Source: Alphaproteobacteria bacterium
GTDB lineage: Bacteria > Pseudomonadota > Alphaproteobacteria > UBA7887
Direction: 5' to 3'
Assembly (NCBI GenBank): GCA_965216755.1
Contig: CBDCGL010000011.1
Coordinates: 2,304,001-2,368,000 of the forward strand
DNA length: 64,000 bases
The notes below the pieces were generated by a model. The model saw nothing but the letters and a program-made list of their open reading frames with translations. It made no database searches and had not been told where the DNA came from. Positions 60,359 through 64,000 of this stretch are shown in pieces. How positions within the stretch are numbered: position 1 is the stretch's first letter; each line of letters begins with the position of its first letter. A program made the translations under genes and the position numbers.

Positions 60359-61510
60359 CTACCGCTCGGTTAACTTGAACTCGATTCGTCTATTGCGCCG
60401 AAATGCATCATCGCTGTCGGCGCGATCAATCGGTTGAAATTCACCGAATCCGGCGGCCGCCAACTTTTCGGGGGGCAAACCTTGGCGTATCAAGAACTTG
60501 GCGACAGCGACAGCGCGCGCGGTTGACAGCTCCCAGTTCGACGGAAATAGCGTCGTCCGGATAGGGCGCCGATCGGTATGGCCATCGATGCGCAGCACCC
60601 ACTCGATATCGTCGGGAATGTCGTCGGCGATCTCCAACAGCAGATCCGCGAGTTTGCTCATTTGCTGCTGACCGGCCAAGCCCAGCTCAGCCGAGCCGGA
60701 ATCAAACAGCACGCCCGACTGCAAAACAAAGCGATCGCCGCGAATGCTCACCTCGCTACGGTTGGCCAACACCTCGCGCAGACGCCCAAAAAACTCGGAT
60801 CTGTATCGCGACAATTCCTCGACCTTGTTGGCCAGCGCAACGTTGAGCCGTTGCCCCAAATTGGCGATTTGAATTTGCTGCTCTTCGATCTTGGAATCAC
60901 GGGCATCCAACGCATCCTGCACAGCTGCCAGCTGAATTCGCAGCGATGCGATTTGCTGGTTCAAGAGGGCAACCTGGCGCCGTGCCGCGGATGAAATTTC
61001 GCGCTCGCGGTCCAATTGCTCGCGCACCGACACCGCCTTGTCGCGTGCTTCGCCGGAGACGGCCCGTTCGGCTTCAAGCATGGCCATGGCGGCAGCCAAT
61101 TGAAGCCGCAATTCCTCTTGATCTTCCTCCAAGGACGACACATCCAGGCCGGCAGCTTCCAAACTGCGCTGTAGACCATCGGTTTCACCCAGCGCGATCG
61201 CCAGTTGACTGGCCAGACTATCGCGCTCAGCGGTTGAGGCTTGGAGTTGCGCGGCCAACTGATTGATGTCTCCACGCATCTGTATGTTGGCACGTTTTTC
61301 GAGCGCCAGCAGATCGGCCAATTCCGCGACTTGCCGATTGAGCCGTTCCAACGCTTCGTCGCGACCGGACAACGCGCGACTCAAGAAGAACTCCGAGATC
61401 ACGAAGACGACCAGCAAAAAAATCAGCACCAGTAGCAATGTCGACAGGGCATCGACAAATCCCGGCCAGATATCGGCACTGCGACCGAGCCGACGACTTC
61501 TTGCCATCAT
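60359..61510 (-). CDS. MotB-like peptidoglycan-binding protein with long coiled coil
   Basis: IWPGFVD + TM, about 200-aa coiled coil, OmpA-like domain (GHTD, NWELSTARA, NRRIE). Confidence 0.9.
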   Translation of the reverse strand: MMARSRRLGRSADIWPGFVDALSTLLLVLIFLLVVFVISEFFLSRALSGRDEALERLNRQVAELADLLALEKRANIQMRGDINQLAAQLQASTAERDSLASQLAIALGETDGLQRSLEAAGLDVSSLEEDQEELRLQLAAAMAMLEAERAVSGEARDKAVSVREQLDREREISSAARRQVALLNQQIASLRIQLAAVQDALDARDSKIEEQQIQIANLGQRLNVALANKVEELSRYRSEFFGRLREVLANRSEVSIRGDRFVLQSGVLFDSGSAELGLAGQQQMSKLADLLLEIADDIPDDIEWVLRIDGHTDRRPIRTTLFPSNWELSTARAVAVAKFLIRQGLPPEKLAAAGFGEFQPIDRADSDDAFRRNRRIEFKLTER

Positions 61511-61544
61511 GGCGCTGACAGCAGCTTTGGTGTCAAACGTTGGT

Positions 61545-62744
61545 TCATGAACCGAGACCGGCGGCGCCACCATGGCTGTCGGCCGAGCCCGGTGGCAGGC
61601 CCGGATCACGATAACCCGCCGCCACCGCAATCGTCCTCGCCAAAAGCTTGATTTCGCTACGCAACTCGGAAATCACTTGGTTGCGACCGTTCACGGATTC
61701 TTCCAACAAGCGCATCATGTAAACGTCCAAATTACGGATATGACTGCGCGTTGCTTCGTCGATTGCCGTCCCTTCGCGATCACCGGCGTCGGCCAAGCGC
61801 GCCAAGACCGGTTTCATATCAGCTTGACCCTCGACGAGCTTGACCATCAGGTTCTGTTCGGCACGCATCTGATCGGTCAATGTCGCCAGGCGTTCGGTCA
61901 GCTGGACGATATTCGAACTTGCCAGGCGCCGCTCGTCTTCGCCCCGCGACATGGTTCGTTGCAGGCTTTCCAAGCTCTCGGCCGTTTGCTCCAATAGAGC
62001 TTGCACATAGACCGGGACCGACTGGTCGCCCTCGACAACACCGCCGCCGCCGCCGGTCAATCGTGTCAGGCCCGACAACCACTCTTCCAGGTCGTTGTAA
62101 AAGTTATTCTGCGCCTGACCCGCCTGCAAATCCAGAAAGCCTAGCACCAATGAGCCAGCCAATCCAAACAGCGACGAGGAAAACGCCGTTCCCATCCCGC
62201 CTAGCGGATCTTCCAAGCCAGCCTTTAGCGCGGCAAACGTCTGCACCATATCGCCATCGCCGATCGACAAGCCGGCGATGACATTGCCGACCGAACCAAC
62301 CGTGTCGAGCAGTCCCCAAAAGGTGCCCAACAGACCCAAGAAAATCAGCAAGCCAATCAAATAACGCGAAATTTCGCGCGTCTCCTCGAGCCGTGACCCT
62401 ATCCCATCGAGCAACGAACGCATGGCCAAGGCCGACAGCATGACTTTGCCCTTGCGATCCGCCAACATGCGCGCCATCGGCGACAGCAGGCGCGGCACAC
62501 CTTGCGTGGTAATCCCCGGTTGATTGGTGCGAAACGTCTCGATCCAACGCACTTCCGGGCTGAGGCCGATCACTTGCCGGAAGCAATAGACAATGCCCAA
62601 TACCAGGACGCCCAGAATGAGGCCGTTGAGCGGCGGGTTGGCTTGAAAGGCCTTGATCAACTGATCGAGCAGCACGACGGAGACACCGCACGCCAACACC
62701 AGAAAGATGATCATACGGGTCAGATATCGGCGCGGCTGGGTCAT
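61545..62744 (-). CDS. MotA/TolQ/ExbB-like membrane protein with C-terminal helical tail
   Basis: LGLLGTFWGL and GMGTAFSSSLFG motifs; about 190-aa C-terminal extension. Confidence 0.88.
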   Translation of the reverse strand: MTQPRRYLTRMIIFLVLACGVSVVLLDQLIKAFQANPPLNGLILGVLVLGIVYCFRQVIGLSPEVRWIETFRTNQPGITTQGVPRLLSPMARMLADRKGKVMLSALAMRSLLDGIGSRLEETREISRYLIGLLIFLGLLGTFWGLLDTVGSVGNVIAGLSIGDGDMVQTFAALKAGLEDPLGGMGTAFSSSLFGLAGSLVLGFLDLQAGQAQNNFYNDLEEWLSGLTRLTGGGGGVVEGDQSVPVYVQALLEQTAESLESLQRTMSRGEDERRLASSNIVQLTERLATLTDQMRAEQNLMVKLVEGQADMKPVLARLADAGDREGTAIDEATRSHIRNLDVYMMRLLEESVNGRNQVISELRSEIKLLARTIAVAAGYRDPGLPPGSADSHGGAAGLGS

Positions 62745-62804
62745 TGTGGTTCCGTTTAAGTGGGGCAGCTGTGCGTCGCGCCGCCCCGGCGGTTGAACCG
62801 ACGA

Positions 62805-63992
62805 CTATCGAAGGGTCACGATGTCGACACGATCAGGTGGACCACTTTCAAATTTTGCGCCCAAAGCGCGGACGTCGATGCGTGTCGACTGCACACCGGC
62901 GTCAATCAGATAGGAACGCACGGCCAAGGCGCGCGACAACGATAGCCGCCGCGCCGCGCTAGCCGACGACCCGTCAGCACTGGCGAAAGCTTTAAGCTGT
63001 AAACGCGCCGCCCCATCACCGCCCATTGAATCCGCCAAGTCGCTCAGTTGGCCCTCTGACTCGCCGGGTAGCGATGCGTCGCCTGCCGGAAATACGATCA
63101 CCAGCTCGTCGCCAATCATGGTCGGTTCCGCGTCCGGCTCTGGCGGCGTTGGTGGCGTGGCGATTGCTGCCGAAACAATTGTCTGTTCCGGTTCGTCTTC
63201 AGCCGAAGTCAAGCCGGCTGCCGCGGTCGCCGACATATCGGTCGCCGTCGCGGCAGCTGATCGTTCGGCCGGCGCAGGCTCAGGCTTACGCTCAGGCGTC
63301 TCGGGTGCCACCACCGCGGCGATATGGTCGGTCGCGACAGCGGGATCCGGTGGCGGCGCAGATGGCAAAGCCCTCTCGCCCTGTGCGGCCGTGGCGGCCG
63401 GTACGACGGTTTGCTCTGTTTGTGTGGTGGGTGGTGCCGGCGGTGCCGGCATCAGCGGCCGTTCGGGGGTATCCAGCCCGGCCAGGGCCTCCACGGCTGG
63501 ACCCGCGCCAACCGGTGGTGCTGCGGCGGCTCCCGGATCCGGCTGTCCGCCCGCAGCAGCCGCTATCTCCGCGGCCGCGCGATCCACCTGCCGATCCAGG
63601 TCGGACGGTCCACGCGATAGCGGGATTTCTCGCCGTTCCACGTTTGGTACCGGGCGCCCACGATCCGCTTGTGCTTCGAACGCCGGCACCGAAACATCCG
63701 CGCTGGGCACCGGCTGCCCAACCGCCACATCGGCCCGGGACGGTGCCGGCACCAGCAACCGCGAGCGCAAACGCCCGCTTGTCTGATCATAAAAGGGCAG
63801 CAAATGGTCGGCAGACGGCAACGCCGTACCCACCGAGGGCTCCTGCGACAGCACCGGCGATGCGGTCGTGCCGGCCGTTTCACTGCTAATCACAACCGGG
63901 CCCTGCGCGCGGGCATCGCGCCACGCGCCCGTTGCCACGATGATAGCCACGCCAGCACATCCACATGCTGCCGCAATGCTTTTAGCCGTCAA
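62805..63992 (-). CDS. OmpA-family domain protein with Pro/Ala-rich linker; start may lie beyond the window
   Basis: C-terminal RRLSLSRALAVRSYL...RIDVRALG...DRVD; the frame stays open to the right edge. Confidence 0.82.
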   Translation of the reverse strand: MTAKSIAAACGCAGVAIIVATGAWRDARAQGPVVISSETAGTTASPVLSQEPSVGTALPSADHLLPFYDQTSGRLRSRLLVPAPSRADVAVGQPVPSADVSVPAFEAQADRGRPVPNVERREIPLSRGPSDLDRQVDRAAAEIAAAAGGQPDPGAAAAPPVGAGPAVEALAGLDTPERPLMPAPPAPPTTQTEQTVVPAATAAQGERALPSAPPPDPAVATDHIAAVVAPETPERKPEPAPAERSAAATATDMSATAAAGLTSAEDEPEQTIVSAAIATPPTPPEPDAEPTMIGDELVIVFPAGDASLPGESEGQLSDLADSMGGDGAARLQLKAFASADGSSASAARRLSLSRALAVRSYLIDAGVQSTRIDVRALGAKFESGPPDRVDIVTLR

Positions 63993-64000
63993 AAACCGAG

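Overview
64-kb GC-rich chromosomal window from an alphaproteobacterium (Rhodospirillales-like, inferred from gene content). It holds about 62 CDS and no recognisable rRNA, tRNA or CRISPR array. From left to right: a TRAP dctQM pair; an uncharacterised cluster built around a secreted 15-Cys (CNP)n repeat peptide, with a His-motif DUF6969-like gene, an exported FGE/SUMF1-like gene, an exported rhodanese and cytochrome c2; a form II coxG-S-L-M-D-E-xdhC-xdhC-mocA molybdenum-hydroxylase operon ending in a SufU-like gene; a PhyH dioxygenase; a stress-type block (ACP-FAAL-PlsC fusion, USP, Rv2004c-like kinase/AAA); core genes fieF, pdxH, 17-kDa lipoprotein, dnaJ-like, fabI and aroC; an accessory segment with two broken genes and a LIV-type ABC transporter; tlyA-ispA-xseB with dxs missing; a degenerate EAL plus pentapeptide-repeat pair; HDAC; an RND pump; a NicX-like catabolic operon with TRAP; a cytochrome c lacking its axial Met; and a non-flagellar MotA/MotB-like module. 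Non-coding features include three REPIN-like elements (19-bp inverted arms, 42-43 nt unique spacers) and one 165-bp TA-bounded MITE-like element. The best candidate for a new system is the Cys-repeat peptide cluster at about 2.3-5.8 kb. All family calls come from motif recognition by eye; no searches were run.
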